Shown here piece after piece: positions 23,434 to 38,481 of a stretch of DNA of 64,000 bases (the first letter of the stretch is position 1; each line of letters opens with the position of its first letter). This DNA comes from Azolla caroliniana (taxonomy: Eukaryota; Plantae; Polypodiophyta): assembly GCA_043228905.1 (NCBI GenBank), contig JBHGNT010000017.1, forward strand, positions 1,798,001 through 1,862,000, in the 5' to 3' direction. The position numbers were made by a program, and so were the translations under genes. Below the pieces are notes generated by a model. It worked only from the letters and a program-made list of their open reading frames with translations, had not been told where the DNA came from and made no database searches.

Positions 23434-24513
23434 ATGATAATGCATCGCCCTCTGTTCGTCAGAAACCACCAGAATCCTCCAAATGCTCATGCTCTTATAG
23501 AAGGAGAATCGGCATTAGAAGTAGCCCGCCGCTTGCACCTACACAACAACCATCACTTGGATCGATTCAACAGTGGCTACACGGATAGCATGGATACATT
23601 TCGGCGGAGAAGAGAAGAAGAAGCTGCTGCAGGCGGCAGTAAGTGGCGATGCCGAGACGAGGCGTGCCCCCACGAGTTGACCATGGCCTCGGTATCCCGG
23701 TTCGTAGAGGATAAACCAGCAATGGCGGCAGTAAAGAAGAGTGTCCAGAAGGAGGCCGAGACGCGAACCCCTTGGGATTGTGGAAGCTCTCTCTACGACT
23801 CCTTCGAGCTCAACGCTTTCTCCAATGAATTCGGCTTCTGCTTAGCAGAGGAGCTGCGCAGCAGCGCTACCGCGGCTGCGGCCAGTAAACCTCTCCTCCA
23901 CCATGAAAACATGGTGGTCCCTTCCTCTTCCTCCTTGGAATGGAGTGCTACCACAGATCCACGTCCTTCCAAGCGCCTCCGCTTCCTCCCGAGCTTTGCC
24001 GGCGGCGGCATGTTCTCCGTAGTTCCCTCTTGCTTCCGGATCGCCCCGGGTTTCGAACAGTTAGAGGGAGCTCCTGTAGCCGTGGGGACAAAGCGGAAGG
24101 CCCCTTCTTTGTCTTCCTCCACCTCCTCCTCTTCTCTTCCTCGTGTGATTTGTCGCGTTTCGAAGGCTGCCAAGGCATGTCTCTTCCCTAATTCCTTCAT
24201 GGCGGCGGCACCGGACCCTCGCCATCGCCACGATGCCCACCTCCGCCACATGGTCCATCACCACCACCACCACCTACTCCTCCGTCGGCACCGCCACCAA
24301 TCGGCCAGGGCCCACCGCACTTCCACTCCTTTCCTCCATGAGTTCACTGGCGACATGGTGGAGGATCACGAAGGAGAGGCTGTGGCATCTAAGCTTCTGA
24401 AGCAATTCCGAGAGGACCAAGCCAGGGCTTGTATTAGCCCACGAACCCTCGCGGCTGCGCTACAACGGGAGATGGAGAGGCAGCAGAGCAACCTCAAGTA
24501 CCACATCAGTTGA
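23434..24513 (+). CDS. Uncharacterised plant protein with WDCGSSLYDSFEL motif
   Basis: 359-aa GC-rich single-exon ORF with Ser- and His-rich low complexity. The true start may be the ATG at 23440 because the first ATG abuts a (GATA)n run. Confidence 0.75.
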   Translation: MIMHRPLFVRNHQNPPNAHALIEGESALEVARRLHLHNNHHLDRFNSGYTDSMDTFRRRREEEAAAGGSKWRCRDEACPHELTMASVSRFVEDKPAMAAVKKSVQKEAETRTPWDCGSSLYDSFELNAFSNEFGFCLAEELRSSATAAAASKPLLHHENMVVPSSSSLEWSATTDPRPSKRLRFLPSFAGGGMFSVVPSCFRIAPGFEQLEGAPVAVGTKRKAPSLSSSTSSSSLPRVICRVSKAAKACLFPNSFMAAAPDPRHRHDAHLRHMVHHHHHHLLLRRHRHQSARAHRTSTPFLHEFTGDMVEDHEGEAVASKLLKQFREDQARACISPRTLAAALQREMERQQSNLKYHIS

Positions 24514-26899
24514 TCGAATGTGGTGTCTTCTTTGCATAATGACTTAGAATCCAGCAGCACACTTGGGGTTAACTTGATTAACCATAACCTTCACCTGCTA
24601 AACATGCATCTTTCTAACTTTATGTTACTGAATTCTTCATGCCCAGAGCTCTTTAGGGTTTAGGGTTTGTCGCTTCACTAACCCATCTATTTTGAGTATC
24701 TTTATCTTTCTCTGTTCTGTTCTTGGACTTGTCCAAAAAGCCCTCAATGAGTTTGGGTGCTCCCTATGCTGACATACATCTCTACTAATCACATCTCTTC
24801 ATTCAATTTCTCTTTATAAATATGTTCTCTCCATTTGTCCCTTGTCTCCAAACTCTTGTCTAAAAACGCATTGTTACATGTGCTATCAAACACCACTTGT
24901 CCATTTAGTGACCTTTGTCTGAAAGTGCTCATTCTCCAAACCGTAGCAAGTGTTCAGCAAGTGTGCTTATTTACACGACACGTTTCTTGTTAATTGTCCA
25001 TGCAATTTTAAGACGGCGGTAAGCTTCATTAGCATTCTTGCGAAAAATGGCCTCCCACTTAATCATCATTGTCTTCGAATTATACAAAATGTTGATTTCT
25101 AACCACATCCTCTATTGGCAATCACTCAATTTTCAACTCTTCCACATCAATGCATACATAAGAAAATGTCGATTTCCAACCACTTGAGTAACACAAGTTC
25201 CCACTTTTTAACGCTTACCAGATTGTTTTGAATCTTAATATTGCCTACGAATTATTACACAAGAAAGTTTGTTAGCATAAGTTATGTTTGTCGGAAAGCA
25301 AATCACCCTTGCAATTCAGTTGTACGACCCATTTTTTCGAGCTATACGAAGTATTAGAAGGAGATCTTGGCACAATATAAAGAGCTAAGAAAAAGATGAT
25401 ACTAGTTATTCAACCATCTCATCTCCTTAGCTAGTCCTATTATTTTTCTTATGGAATCTGGATACTTTTTTATATAATATAGAGATATGTATAGCAAGAT
25501 TCATTAAGGGATGGAATTATGAGTTCACAAAGCAGAATATGGGTGATTTTTGTGGCTTATGAACACATAATGTGGCACAATAAAGAAACCATAACAAGTT
25601 AATATAGCATATTGTTCTCGTTATGATTACATATATGATATAGCCTATGATGTGCAATATTTAGTCTTTAATTATTTGATTTGTAAGATCGATTGAATGT
25701 AGAAATGGGGAGTGCGAGCAACCAAGTGACACCTTTTATAAACAATGTGTCACTTTACTTATCTCGAAAGAGTAAAGTAAACATAGTTTAGAAATTATAC
25801 TTTTGTAAGGCAATATTATTGTTTAGAACCCTTGGGCAATATAAGCCATTTATATTATATACATTATTTAGGACCACATTGATTTGTGCATATGCATAAT
25901 CTCAAGAAAATGATATAAAGAAATTTTATAATGTATGCAATGTCGGCGTACAACCTTGACGTTATAAAGCACAATCTACGATCATATATTTAGGTGAAGT
26001 TGTGGATTTAAAATGAATTATTTGTTCTACGGGAATGCTTTAAAATGTGTTTAGCATGGAATATCTTGATGCATGTGTGATGTGCTTCTATTCAAAAAAG
26101 TTATAATCAATCAATATTGTGAATGGTAAAAATGATTGAGCGTTTTGCAATATATAATGGGAGAGTCTTTCCGTGGTAACAACTAATCAACATCATGTAT
26201 GGTAAATGATCAAGCTTTTTGAGTCCTTGAGATAGGTGCTACACATAGCCTTAGGAATATGGATGACAAATCCACACATTAATTGTTTTTTTATTATCAT
26301 TTCTTCCCTTGTTTCAAATGTTCGATCTTCTTAAAATATTGAACAATGCCTTCCATGCAAAGCACAATGTGATGACTTGGCAAAAGTCTTTGCCATGCTT
26401 CTTGAATTTATAATGTCACAAATACAATTATCAAAGACATTGATGAAATTTAGGAGATATGTTGATTTTTAACATATCAAGAGCTTTACATTTCTCTATT
26501 ATATGTATTGAAATTTATTAAAATCCTTTATAAGTGTAATGCTTCATACTAAATGTTTGGAAAATTAGGCTTCTCAAAATAGTCCAATACTTCTTAAGAT
26601 ATGCAATTCTTCATTGTTTTTACTGTCCAATGCCAATACTTATCCCACGCTAAGTGTTATTTCATTTGTTTCTTTAAAATATCATCTCCATCTAAGATAA
26701 CATTCTATTGGATCCATAATGTCATAAAATATTTGGTATCTAATTGTTATACCATTTACAAATGATTGGTTCTAAAAAAATGCCCAATGGTGGTTCCTCA
26801 CAAGAATATGGATGCATATAACCAAAAAAAATGAAACTAAGAACATGAACTCTTCATTGTTTACGAGTAAATTATAGAAATCTTTGTTGCCCCTCTCCC

Positions 26900-27863
26900 A
26901 TTTCCTTCCTCAAATAAGGTTAGTTGGGACCCTTTGCAATGGACATGGCATGATCCTTACATGGGGCAAGGAAGCAAACCCATCCCTTTCTTCCAATTCA
27001 CAAATGATTGGGTCGCCATATTCTAGCTGCTCAAACCGCCCGAGAGCCAGCTATTGCAAAGGTTTGGCACACATATCATGTTCCTCACACAATTATCACC
27101 AAGTTTTGGAAAAAAATCTGGAAACAACAACACGCATGGCAAATCACCACCTTCCAATGACTATTAATACATAGGTCACTACCGGTTGGTGCATGGCAGC
27201 ATGGGAACTTAGCTCTCCTAATTGTGTACAGTGCCCAAATGCAATAGAATCAATCTGACATGCTTTGTGGAACTGCCAAGAGTCCCATCGAATATGGCAG
27301 GGGGTTGGCCACTTATTGCAATTATGCTAGGTGCAAGGCTTAATTAAGTGGGGCAATATACATTGGCTATCATGGTAGGCCCCAATTGACAGATACGAGC
27401 ATCAGGAGGAGGGGATGGTTTTGGTGATAAAAGCACAAGAGGTTTTTTTCTCTACCATCGACAATGTCCACTCAACTCCTATCAATGTCAAATCTCAAGT
27501 GGTGTTGGAATTGGTAAACCCAATAACTCTTTGGACTCTATGAAAACAACGGTGTAGACGAGTCTTCTCCCACCAAACCGTGCAGCCAATAGTGTTAATG
27601 CAAGAGATATGGAGTGAAGTTGTAGCCACTCTAAAAAGCCAATATGATGGTCTCAAGGGCGACTCCGATGGAGTTGAAAGACAATGACTACTAGCCTTCA
27701 TCCAACAATGGTCGACCTCCCCCTTTATTGAGTCGGTGGGCATCCACATAAGATGAACCTATCGCGTCCCTACAGGGATTTGTATATATTAATCTCATAT
27801 GTAAAATTTTATATCTAATGGAAGGAGTTTTTTTTTGGAAAAAAAAAAGAAAAAAAGAAAAAA
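26900..27863 (+). mobile_element. L1-like LINE 3' fragment with A-rich tail
   Basis: LWTL*KQRCRRVFSHQTVQP..LMQEIWSEVVATLKSQYD is typical of the L1 ORF2 C terminus; ends CTAATGGAAG..TTTTGGAAAAAAAAAA. The 5' boundary is approximate. Confidence 0.65.
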
Positions 27864-30540
27864 GATACTACCATGCTAGGAGGTGCAAACGTATGATGGC
27901 ACTTAGTGCTCATGCTAAAGCCTAAACCAATTGCAATATGTAATTGCAAGCTTTATGTAATTTTTCTTAGGACATAGATAAATGTAAATGTTCATATGTG
28001 CATATGGTTTATTAGACTAATGCACAAGTGCAAAGTAGCATCATATGCTAACACTTGCAAATATGGGAGTACTTATACGTCTCTTAATGCCTCTTCAAGA
28101 TTTAAACCTGAAGCGCTAAATATGTGAGTTTGTGTGACAATCAACTCAAATGTGCTTAGGGGCGACATTAACTGAGCACTAGACTACATGAGGAAGATGG
28201 AAAGAATGACGGAAACTATGAGACTGTTAGTATATGGTAGGAGAAGACCCAAGGGTTTGAGCCATTCATTTACGTGATGCCAAAGAAAGTAGAACATGAT
28301 GAAGACGCAACTAAGAAATGATAAAGATCATAATTGAGTGGATGAACGAAGGTGAAGACTTCAAGAACTCTAGGTTGCCTATGTCCTTGAATGATATGAA
28401 AAATGAAGAAGGGGAGATTCGAGAACAAAGAAAGGAAGGAAGACAAGAAGAGTGGCACATTATGTAAGGGATCTAGCCTCTCAATTTGTTGGTGCTTTCA
28501 TACTCCTCACGTGCATACATCTTAATGTATGGTTTGTTGTTTATTCAACATGTGAAATTTGTTATCATGTTTGTATCAATAGATGAACTACAGATTCATA
28601 TTTCATAGACACATAGTTTAAATAAGAAACACGTGTTGTGTACTACGACAAGTTTCACCCATATACCATACACATTTTATTCGTATGCATGAACATAAAC
28701 TCATGCTTGACATAGTGGTAATATGCATAAGATAACGTAAATTCTATAAGTCATTTGATGATATACATTTATTAATGGCTTCTTTTAATAAAATGATATT
28801 TAATACTACAAAAGATACTTTGGGCACTAAGGTTTGGAGTGATTTGAAGTATACTCATATGTTGATATGAGATGCTCCAAGTATTAAACAATACCAATGC
28901 ATACACATCAAGAATCCCTAATTCATGTAAAATCAATGGTATAAAATTGTGTTGTAAACAATGCAAAAACACATCCAATTTGTAGGCCAATAGACACTTA
29001 ACAAAATCCTAATTTATGTCGAGACTCAAAACACTTCATATTGAAGGCATGTAGGATCTTCAATAATCTTTGATAACTCCATCAAAATTAAAGGTTATCA
29101 TTTTCCACCATGTCGAGCATAATTTGTTTAGCTATACATTTCACAGCTTATGTCATCAAAATTAAAGGTCATAACCTCCCACCATTTCAATCACACATGT
29201 CAGTTATTCTTGCTTGAAAATGTCAATTCATTGTTATCCAGGCTATCAAATTCCATTAGAATAAAGTGCAAATGAATTTTATTTGTGAATTGTTTAGATA
29301 TTAGTAGTCATATCATTCAAATGTGATACAATGTTTTTCTTCACTTGTTTACGTGCTATTATTAGTCTTACCATGTGGCATGTAACTCAATGTAATTCAG
29401 CTGCAAGGCAATGTCAATTAATCTCACGATGATTTGTATGACTATCTAGAGGGAAATGGTAGTCCCTGCCATGAATTAGAATTGAACTTGAAGCTCTCGA
29501 TTACTTTGGAATCACATTACAACTTACTCCTCTACCATCAAATGGTTTGTCACCTCATTGAATGGTTTGTCTAGAGCTAAAAACAAATTGTGATTGGTTT
29601 ACTCTGTGTAAATGTCACGTCACTTCCTTGAATGCTTTGTCTAGAACTAAAAACAAATTGTGATTGGTTTAGCGTTTTGGTTGAACATATTGCCAATCAT
29701 CATCACTCTTATGTCTTTGCAACCAATCATTACCACAACATCCCTTTTCCATGGCTTTCTTTGAGCTCAAGTCACTCACAAAGGCCCCAAGAAACATTGT
29801 TAGTAGTTACTCTAGTGCCAACACATCTATTTTCTAAGAGACATTGTGAGCTTAAGCTAAGACACCACCGGTGTCCATAACATTCATAGCACAAAATCGT
29901 TGACAATCATGTAAGAACCATGCCTCTCTTCCAAAGTTTCCCTCCATAACTTATGAATCCATCCTAAAACTCATTCGTCTCCATATCATTCTAAATACCT
30001 AGATTCACAAGCTGGTTGACACTTTAGAAGAACCGATCTAATGACTTTTGGATTGTTGACAGTTGTAAGCACCACACCTGTTTTCCAAGTCTTCCCTTCC
30101 ACACACACATAGAGCTCAACTCGAGGCACAACTCAGTTCTATTCTAGAAATCTAAATCCAAAGACAGACACGAAGGCATTCTCGCCTTGCATGTTTTGCA
30201 TCGAGTTCCAAGGCATGGCCTTAAAAACACAATTATTTACGTCCACGAGGTTGTTAGATGACCGAAGCACACAGAGGTGTTTGGCCCGTGTTTCAAACAA
30301 AATGAATCATTCGTGAATCGTCAATATCAAATGTGTGTGTGTTTTTGTTAGGGCAACAAGTGTAGTGCCTGCCACCTCAACTTGTTTCTTGTCTGCCACG
30401 TCAACATGTTTCTTTTTTGTCTGCCGCCGCGATGTCGTGTTGGTCTGCCACCTCAGCATTGTGCTTCATCTTAGAAGGAACCGTCCGCCCATTTCAGTCC
30501 TGCAATGTGAAACCCGCCATTGCTGACCACCCACGCGGAA

Positions 30541-30576
<36 letters not shown>

Positions 30577-30669
30577 CAGCTTCTTTTTTGTAATTGGATA
30601 TGGAACAATGAGTCCCTTTTCTTGTTTGAATTATTAGGATTAATAATCAATCTTCCAGAGACTGTCTGC

Positions 30670-30705
<36 letters not shown>

Positions 30706-31672
30706 AGGTGCCTCTAGAACGCTTCATCTTTCATCTTCATGCTTCCCTCCGAAGAAACTCATCCTGCTTTGAAGTACAAATTTCCTCGATTCTCCTGATC
30801 CCTGCCTTCCTCATCTATCTATCTATCTATCTACAGGTATTCTCTCCGCTGTTTGTTTCCGTCATGTTTTTTCTCTGCTATGTACATTTATGGTGGATGT
30901 TGATGTATGTATATGTCTTGGAATCTTCTTTTTGTGCTATGTGGTTAGGAATTTCTGGATATGCGTAATTCATGCTGAAAATTATCACAAAGAAAAGCTT
31001 CATTTCCTGCGTATTGCCCTGAATATGGCTTCGATTGTTAATACCCTTTTCTTCTTGTGCTGGATATGTTTTGATCAATGTCTTATTTCGATTGAAGTTA
31101 TCACAATGAATGTAGATTTTTAATGTATAGTGCTTGGACATGGCGTTATCAATTATTTTACATCAATTCCCACTGCATTGACGTCCCAAAGAAGTTTCCG
31201 TTTCTGTGTATTTTGTTGGTTATTGGCTTCAATTCCTCCCATTTGCCGAAGGTTATGGTTTTAATAATTTTGTTTTTCTTCTTGAATTCTGTCATACGGA
31301 GCCCTACTTAGCTCCACCTCTCATTTTTTGCTACTTCCTTGCGAGTGTTGGCTATGAAATTGAATAGTTTCTATCTCTGTCTCTCTTATGCTAATAACTT
31401 AAAAATCATCTGTGTTTGTATATGGCGTCTATTATTATTACTATTATTGCTGAATATGCCTGATTTTCACTGAAAGGGTTCTGAAAATGTTTTGTATTCT
31501 CAATATTTCTTGGATATGACACCTGATAGTGTTTTCTGCTGAATATGTCATAATTTCCACTGAAATACCGAGGTTGTTTTATTCGATGCATTAATTCTTT
31601 AAAAGACATTCTATTGCAGTTCCATTTTTTCTGTTTTCTGCAGTGGCTGCCCATGAAACTGGACTCTATCTT

Positions 31673-34600
31673 ATGATGATGTAACTTTTACTTGGATACG
31701 GCTTAAATAATTCGTTTCCTTGTTTACTAGTATCTCACAATTGAACATGCTTCAACTAGTATCTTCCTTTCTTTTTTCTGCTCGGAAATTTGCTTAATTC
31801 TCATTAAAATGCTCAGAAAGAGACTCATTTGGCTTCAACTGTCCGTTTCTTTAGCCTGTTTTCTGCTGGAAAATGCGCTCACAGAATGCTGAGATGGCTT
31901 TTGTTTTGATTGATACTCATTTTGAGTTCTTTCTGCTTCATTTCATCTTTAATTTTCACTGCCTTTTTGCAGGTTTTGGCCATCTTATGATGATGGTGAC
32001 GATAATATAATGCCTCACAGCTCCATGGAAGCAGAAAGGAGTTTACCTTTGCATTCGCTAAGAATAAAGAATGAAAGAGAATTGAACAGCAAGGGAGACT
32101 TTGTTTCTCTTCGTGAACACTTGTCTAAACCTTTGGATGAGAAAGATGAGAAGGCAGCAGTGAAATCTAATCCTAGTGTTACTGAACATGATGCATTAGA
32201 CTTGAAAGGCAAGAGGAAGAACAGTGGAAGTGGTCTTTTTGCAAAGTTAAGGTCTTCATTTTCAAGAAGAAGAAGTAATAGTAGTGTAAGCCATATTTTT
32301 GCTATTGAGGATGTGCGATATTCAGACGAGATTGCTATAGTTGACAAGTTTCGGCAAATACTTTTAGAAGAAAATCTTCTCCCAGAAAAACATGATGATT
32401 ACCATAAGCTGTTAAGGTAATGTCAGGGTGATCTAATGGTGTTTCAGATTTGATGGATTGATTCTTGGTTCCTCTTGCTAAGCAATATAATTTTTCATCA
32501 AGATGTAATATTTGGTATCTCTATTATTTTTAAGTTATGTATCATATGTTCCATCAGGTTTCTACAGGCACGAAAGTTTGACATTGAGAAAACGAGAATC
32601 ATGTGGAAAAACATGTTACAATGGCGAAAGGAGTATGGTACGGATGACATTGAGAAGGTCAGTAGGGCAACTTTTAGAGATTTGATATCTCAATATGAAT
32701 TTGAAATGTTATTGCTGAAATAGTTGAAAGACCTGTACATCGGTTATTATCTCAATTTGATTCTGAAGTCAATTGTAGAATTTCCATTTTGACGAGGTTC
32801 ATGAAGTGAGGAAGCTCTATCCACAAGGTCATCACGGCGTGGACAAATGTGGGAGGCCTGTTTACGTAGAGTTGATTGGGAAAGTTGATCCTCAAAAATT
32901 GATCACAGTGACAACTATGGAGAGATATATCAAGTATCATGTGCTCGAATTTGAAAGAACTGTAGAAAAGAAGTTTCCAGCATGTTCTATTGCAGGTGGA
33001 AAACATACTGATTCTACCACGACCATTCTTGATGTAGCAGGAATAGTATGCTTTCTATATCTCTATCTCAGTAATTCTACACTTTCACTTTTTAGTCTAG
33101 CCACACATTGTTTAGGGACTTATGAGATGAAGCTACATTTGTCTGATAGAACTAAATTCCCATGTTCTCACTCTTATTTTTTATACTCCTTCAAAGTGAA
33201 GGACGGTGCATTGTTAATGTTCACCACCATTTAGTCATAAGTTGTGAAGTTTAAGCTGTATGGAATTCCCAGACTGAGGCGTCGTTGTCAATGTAAACCA
33301 TAACTTTAAAGAATTGCTGATTTGCATGATACAAAGCATTTATGCTTTTTCCTTTCATGTTAACAATACTCTGAACCAGTGGCTTCTTAACATATTTCCA
33401 TCACATAAATGAGAGGAGTGTGACATATGCTTCAAATAGTCACAACTAGGTTCGTGATTCCTGGAACTGCAATTTCTTTCAAGGCTATAAAACATTCCAT
33501 ATCTGAGTAGAAAATCAATCAAGGCAACCTCTGGTATGAATCATGGCTCTCTATTGTGGCCCCTAGATACATTTGGGATTGTGTATACTTGACATGCTTT
33601 CTCTGAATATGAATCATTTATTTGATCTAGTTTTTGAGGCTTGAGTTTTCTTTTTACTCCATAACCTTGGTTTCCCCAAACATTCACCAACATATCTGCC
33701 TCGGCACACCATGCATTTATGTATATCACCAGATGTCTTTTAATACTTCAGAATGGCTTGAAATTGATATAGTATCTCTCTGCATAGCATGCATGTATTT
33801 GTAAAGCAAGTAGATGTCTTTTAACTCTTTGGGATGGTTTGAATTGTCACTCTATTGTATTCCTTAATGACAGGTTTCCTTCCACACAAGAGCCAGCTGT
33901 TTAAATCTGTCACCCTTGACCAGCTCTTGCTAAATTCCACGATCATTTTTTCCAAAGTTCAATATCAAAATCTCTGTCTACTTAGAATGTATGTACCATG
34001 TAGATATATTAGTGCATCCTGCAAGACACAAGGCCAGAGGCCACCCAATCCTACTCATGTGGCAAGAAATGCTATAAACTTAAAATTCTAAAAGAGCATG
34101 GCACACCATGCTTAAATCCAACAGTGCAAGGCATTACATCAAAGAATAGAATGGGAAAAGAGAGTTGGAGATCATGCTTAAGCCCAATAGTGCTAGTCGT
34201 TATATTGAAGAATCAATTGGGAGCATGGAGCTCATAATCATGTCTTTGCGGGAGCTGGTCATGTATTTTTCTGTGGAAGACTTTGTGATCCATGCTGTAT
34301 AGATTTTAGAACAAAGGGTCTTCCACATGGGTAGTTTGAGTGATTAAAGATTTTCCTAGTTTATTTGAAGCTTCTAAGAGAGAAAAATACAGTTACTAGG
34401 CATGAAGGGTTACTGTAATAGTTTTGATATAATTTTTGATATTATGCGTTTTGCATTCTGAATTATTTGGTTCATGCAATCTCATACTCTGATCAAACTC
34501 TAAGATTTGAAATGCTCTACAGGGAATGAAAAACTTCAGCAAAAGTGCAAGAGATCTCATCACAAGCATACACAAAGTCGACTCAGACAACTATCCAGAG

Positions 34601-37493
34601 GTATATTATGATCATGGTGGACTTTGAATGTGGGCAAGACGAGTAATGAACCATTAATTCTTCTTTTGTAATGCTTCTCCTGATGTAGTGAATTTTATTA
34701 TAGACACTGCATCAACTATTCATTATAAATGCCAGTTCAGGGTTCAAGCTTCTGCTAAGCACGATAAAGGGATTTCTAGATGCAAAAACTGCATCAAAAA
34801 TACAAGTAAGCCTTCTAGAAGGATATGATAAGATAAGTGTACCATATGACAATAGAGAAGCAACATTGCAAATTACACCTTCAGCCAACCATTGTTTTGA
34901 CTATCATCCTCATTTATCTAACCCCAGTATATTTTGTCATTAACATGTTCAAAATTTTTAATAGTTGAACACATCCTTGGGTAGATTTGCACATACCAAA
35001 GAATGTTTTTCATGTTTTCAGGTTTTAGGAGGTGATTATCCACAAAGTCTTTTGGAAGTTATAGATTCCAGGTAGGTGTCAGCCGGTGAAATTGTTTATG
35101 ATTTATTGATCTAACTTTTTAAAAGGCAGGTCTTTTGGAAACTATAAATTCTAAGTAGATGTCAACTGGTGAAAATTTATGTATATTTTATTACTGTAGC
35201 ACAAAGGAATTTATTTTTTCTTTTAAATATTCTACAGCCAATTACCAGATTTCCTAGGTGGAAGTTGCAAATGTCCTGATGATGGTGGTTGTATGATGTC
35301 AGATAAGGGTCCGTGGAAGGATCCAGAAATAATGAAGGTCACAACCCCAGATCTTTATTTCTTTGATTTTATTTAAATTTTTTTCTTTGGACTAACTCTC
35401 CTCTTTTGTTGCAGAAAGTAATGAGTGGCGCAGAAAAGCATATGACTAAAATATCTATTATTTCCAGATCAAGTAATAAGGTGTTTCTGCCTTCTTGAAT
35501 CCATAAGTTCTGTTATTCTCATCAAGAGATTCCAAGGGTTTACTAAATTTGCACATGCTCATATGAAATTCATTCTACCTTATTTGTCCTCTCCTTACTG
35601 GAAGGATGAAACAATATCCTCAGCAACTCTTCATAAACGGGTTCCTAGATTGATTGAATCAGGAATCTGGGAATATATTTGTTCCAACAATTGTATCGAA
35701 TCTGTTAAGGATATCAATTATCTCCTTAGAAACTTGTGGGTATAGCTCTCTTCTGTGAACTTCACAAAGGCTGATAATATTCTTCAGTGTATAACGATGT
35801 TAGCTTAATAGGACAGCGAAACTTCTTTTTCTTGAACATAGGAGCCACCTAAAATTCAAGGTTTTGGTGAACATAACCAAGATTTTTCTTTTTGAGGCAA
35901 GAACTGCTTTTGGCCTCACAGTTAACACATTCAAGGCTGAATGAAATTCCATAGCAGTTCACTACAATTACCATAGCATATCCTTTGATTTGTTCAGGAT
36001 TATTTTAAATGGAAGAATATACGTCTCTCATCAGAGTTGATTTGAAGTAAAACTTTGCTTTTCGATACTACCAGGAGCCACCAGATCCCTCAATTGATAC
36101 AACATCAGCGTCATCTTCAGCTGCACAAAAGGATGAACCCTTGGAAGTTGAGAGTATTCAGCATCATGAAAAGGTTGAAACTCTTAGTAATTATGCAGTT
36201 TGAAATTCTTGAAGCTTTTCATTTTGTCTCCTATTCATGATTTCTCTGATTTTTTGTCTTAGGAAAGTCTGGATAATCCTAGAGAAATAAATAATGACAG
36301 TTTAGTACCCATGGTTGACAAAACGGTGGATGCTGGATATCAGAAAGGGAATCCTGTTGAGGACAATATTAATACAGTAATTTCTGCAGATAAACCTTCA
36401 GCATCTGAGCATGTACATGAGAACAGGTCAATGGAAAGGCATCCAAGTGAAGTTCTTGTTCCACCAGGTAAGAAGTTTTCTTTATTTGTTGCTTTCATAA
36501 AGGTGTTATAGATTCTAAATACACTTCTTGTTGTCCATAGCTGGGTTTCCTAGCAAGTTAGGGCATACATTATGTCAGAGTTTCAATGGTGTGGCTCTTT
36601 CTGTGCTATCTTTCCTTGTGAATGTTTTTGGCCTCATCCTATACTATCTTGGTCTCATGGAAAAGAAGCTTGCATCCCAGCCAAATACCAACTCTGCTAT
36701 TGTCGATGCATCACGGGTACCTCTAGCATTGAATTCTTCTTATTTGCATAAAAGTAACTCATCAGTATCAGATCGTGTTGCTAAGTTAGAAGAGGTGGTC
36801 AATAAGATTGATAAGCCTGCTAAAGAGTCATCATCAAATGGAGAAGACATTGATGAGCCACCAGATCGGATAAAAGCTTTGGAGGCAGAACTTTTTGAGA
36901 CGAAAAGGGTCTGTTTTCTCTTCTCAATTTTTTGTTTCTCTCTCTCTTGAGGAATCTTAAAACCTAAAATTGCTCGTGTATCATCTTTGTCATAAAATAT
37001 TTACCCATTCTGCATACTTAGTGCAACTTTGTCTGAATCGAGAATGTAAAATGATGAAAGCTTCAATAACACATGTAAAGTCTCTGAAGAGGTCAAGTGC
37101 TTTTGTTCATCTTCGTATTTGCAATGGCATTGAAGCTCTAGGCCCAATCCAATAATACATATGAGTGAAAAATTACCAGAAAACGTACTAGAAGTCCGAA
37201 TAGTAGAGGTTTCTTATTGGATGCATTGATTAGCGAAATCTAAGGAGTTTTTTATGATATGCTGTTGAAATCTTCTTGCAGAAATTGCATGAAGTGTTGT
37301 CTGATCAAAACGAACTATACAATTGCCTGGAGAACTTCAAAGATTTAAAATGGCAGGTAAGAATTTCATTCTTATCGATGTCTTTGAAGCATTTCTTTTA
37401 ACGTTGAGGTTTAAATTATCATTATAACCTCTGATTTCGACCTAACAAATTTGTTCATCCAAAATGAAACAGAGAAAGCTTTGTTGCTTGTAG
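31673..37493 (+). CDS. SFH: Sec14-like phosphatidylinositol transfer protein with C-terminal nodulin-like domain (SFH family)
   Basis: Exons: 31673-31680 (tentative), 31973-32416 (alternative start ATG 32010), 32558-32657, 32779-33045, 34523-34600, 34704-34805, 35022-35071, 35238-35337, 35415-35480, 36075-36173, 36263-36467, 36541-36908, 37282-37356, 37473-37493. Motifs [68 protein letters not shown]; ends RKLCCL*. Confidence 0.9.
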
Positions 37494-37886
37494 GGAGTGG
37501 TAATATGCTCCGACTGATTGATCTCAAATAAAGGGGGCCATGGCAATGCCATCAGTAATGGTTAAAAGGATGCAACCTTCAAGACAGTGACATACATTGA
37601 TGGACATAAGGCACAGCCATGTCATAAGCTCTTATTACTATAATCCAATAATTTGTATGGAAGTTTAAAAGAGATTGATGATGTGTACTATGTTAGCTGG
37701 TGTAAATAATGTAATGTATTTTCGTGGTAAAGTCATATAACCAAAATATACATGAAACCTGAATCAGATTCTTATTGCTACCATACCATGAATAAAACAA
37801 GGCATTTGTTGTAAACCACAATGTGGTGCATTCCCGTTATTATGCAAATGCAGTAATAAGGGACCTTCTTAAACTTGGAAAAGGTA

Positions 37887-38115
37887 TGGCAGTGTTAATG
37901 ACAGTCTAGATATTGATAGGAGCAGTAAATAGCATGGAATCTTCATAAAGGAAACAGTATTAAACAGTTTTATGTACATTTTTGAGCAATTAGATGGATA
38001 TGACATCAGCAAATACGGTAAAGATATGGCAATGTTAATGGCAGTCTCTAGATAAAATATTCTGGAAGCTTCATAAAGGAAACAGTTTGTACACTTCTGT
38101 GTAACTAGATGGATG
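37887..38115. repeat. Diverged direct duplication, ~140-bp spacing
   Basis: GGCAxTGTTAATGxCAGTCT and TTCATAAAGGAAACAGT each occur twice. Confidence 0.6.
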
Positions 38116-38481
38116 CTCCCTAACTGTCTCAAAAAGAAAGCCATCACTAAATAAGGTGTAGGGTGTAGATAGAAATCCTTGGAACAATATCCTCGTTTAG
38201 CAATAATCTGAAGTGGCACATAAAAAATCTCCATGGTTGTATCATATATGAGAAGACCCATTTAGGAAGTGCCCAATTGCTCTCTTGAAAATCCTGAAAA
38301 ACGTAAAATTGTTCTAAAATGATGGTGTTGAATGAATTGCCTGTCATTTATATCTTGTGTACTACAATTTACTGTGCGTAAAATGATGACATTAGAATGC
38401 TCTTAGACTGTTATTTCTTTTGTATTAAGGCATTTAGCAGTTTGTATCATATTTAGTGTTTATACCCATTGCCTTGTCCCA

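Noticed and set aside
24652-24668. TTTAGGGTTTAGGGTTT telomere-like repeat
   Set aside because: Only ~2.5 units, a common telo-box-sized occurrence.
28000-28500. Purine-rich tract followed by TGTAAGGG as a possible PPT/LTR boundary
   Set aside because: No second LTR, PBS or pol motifs were found.
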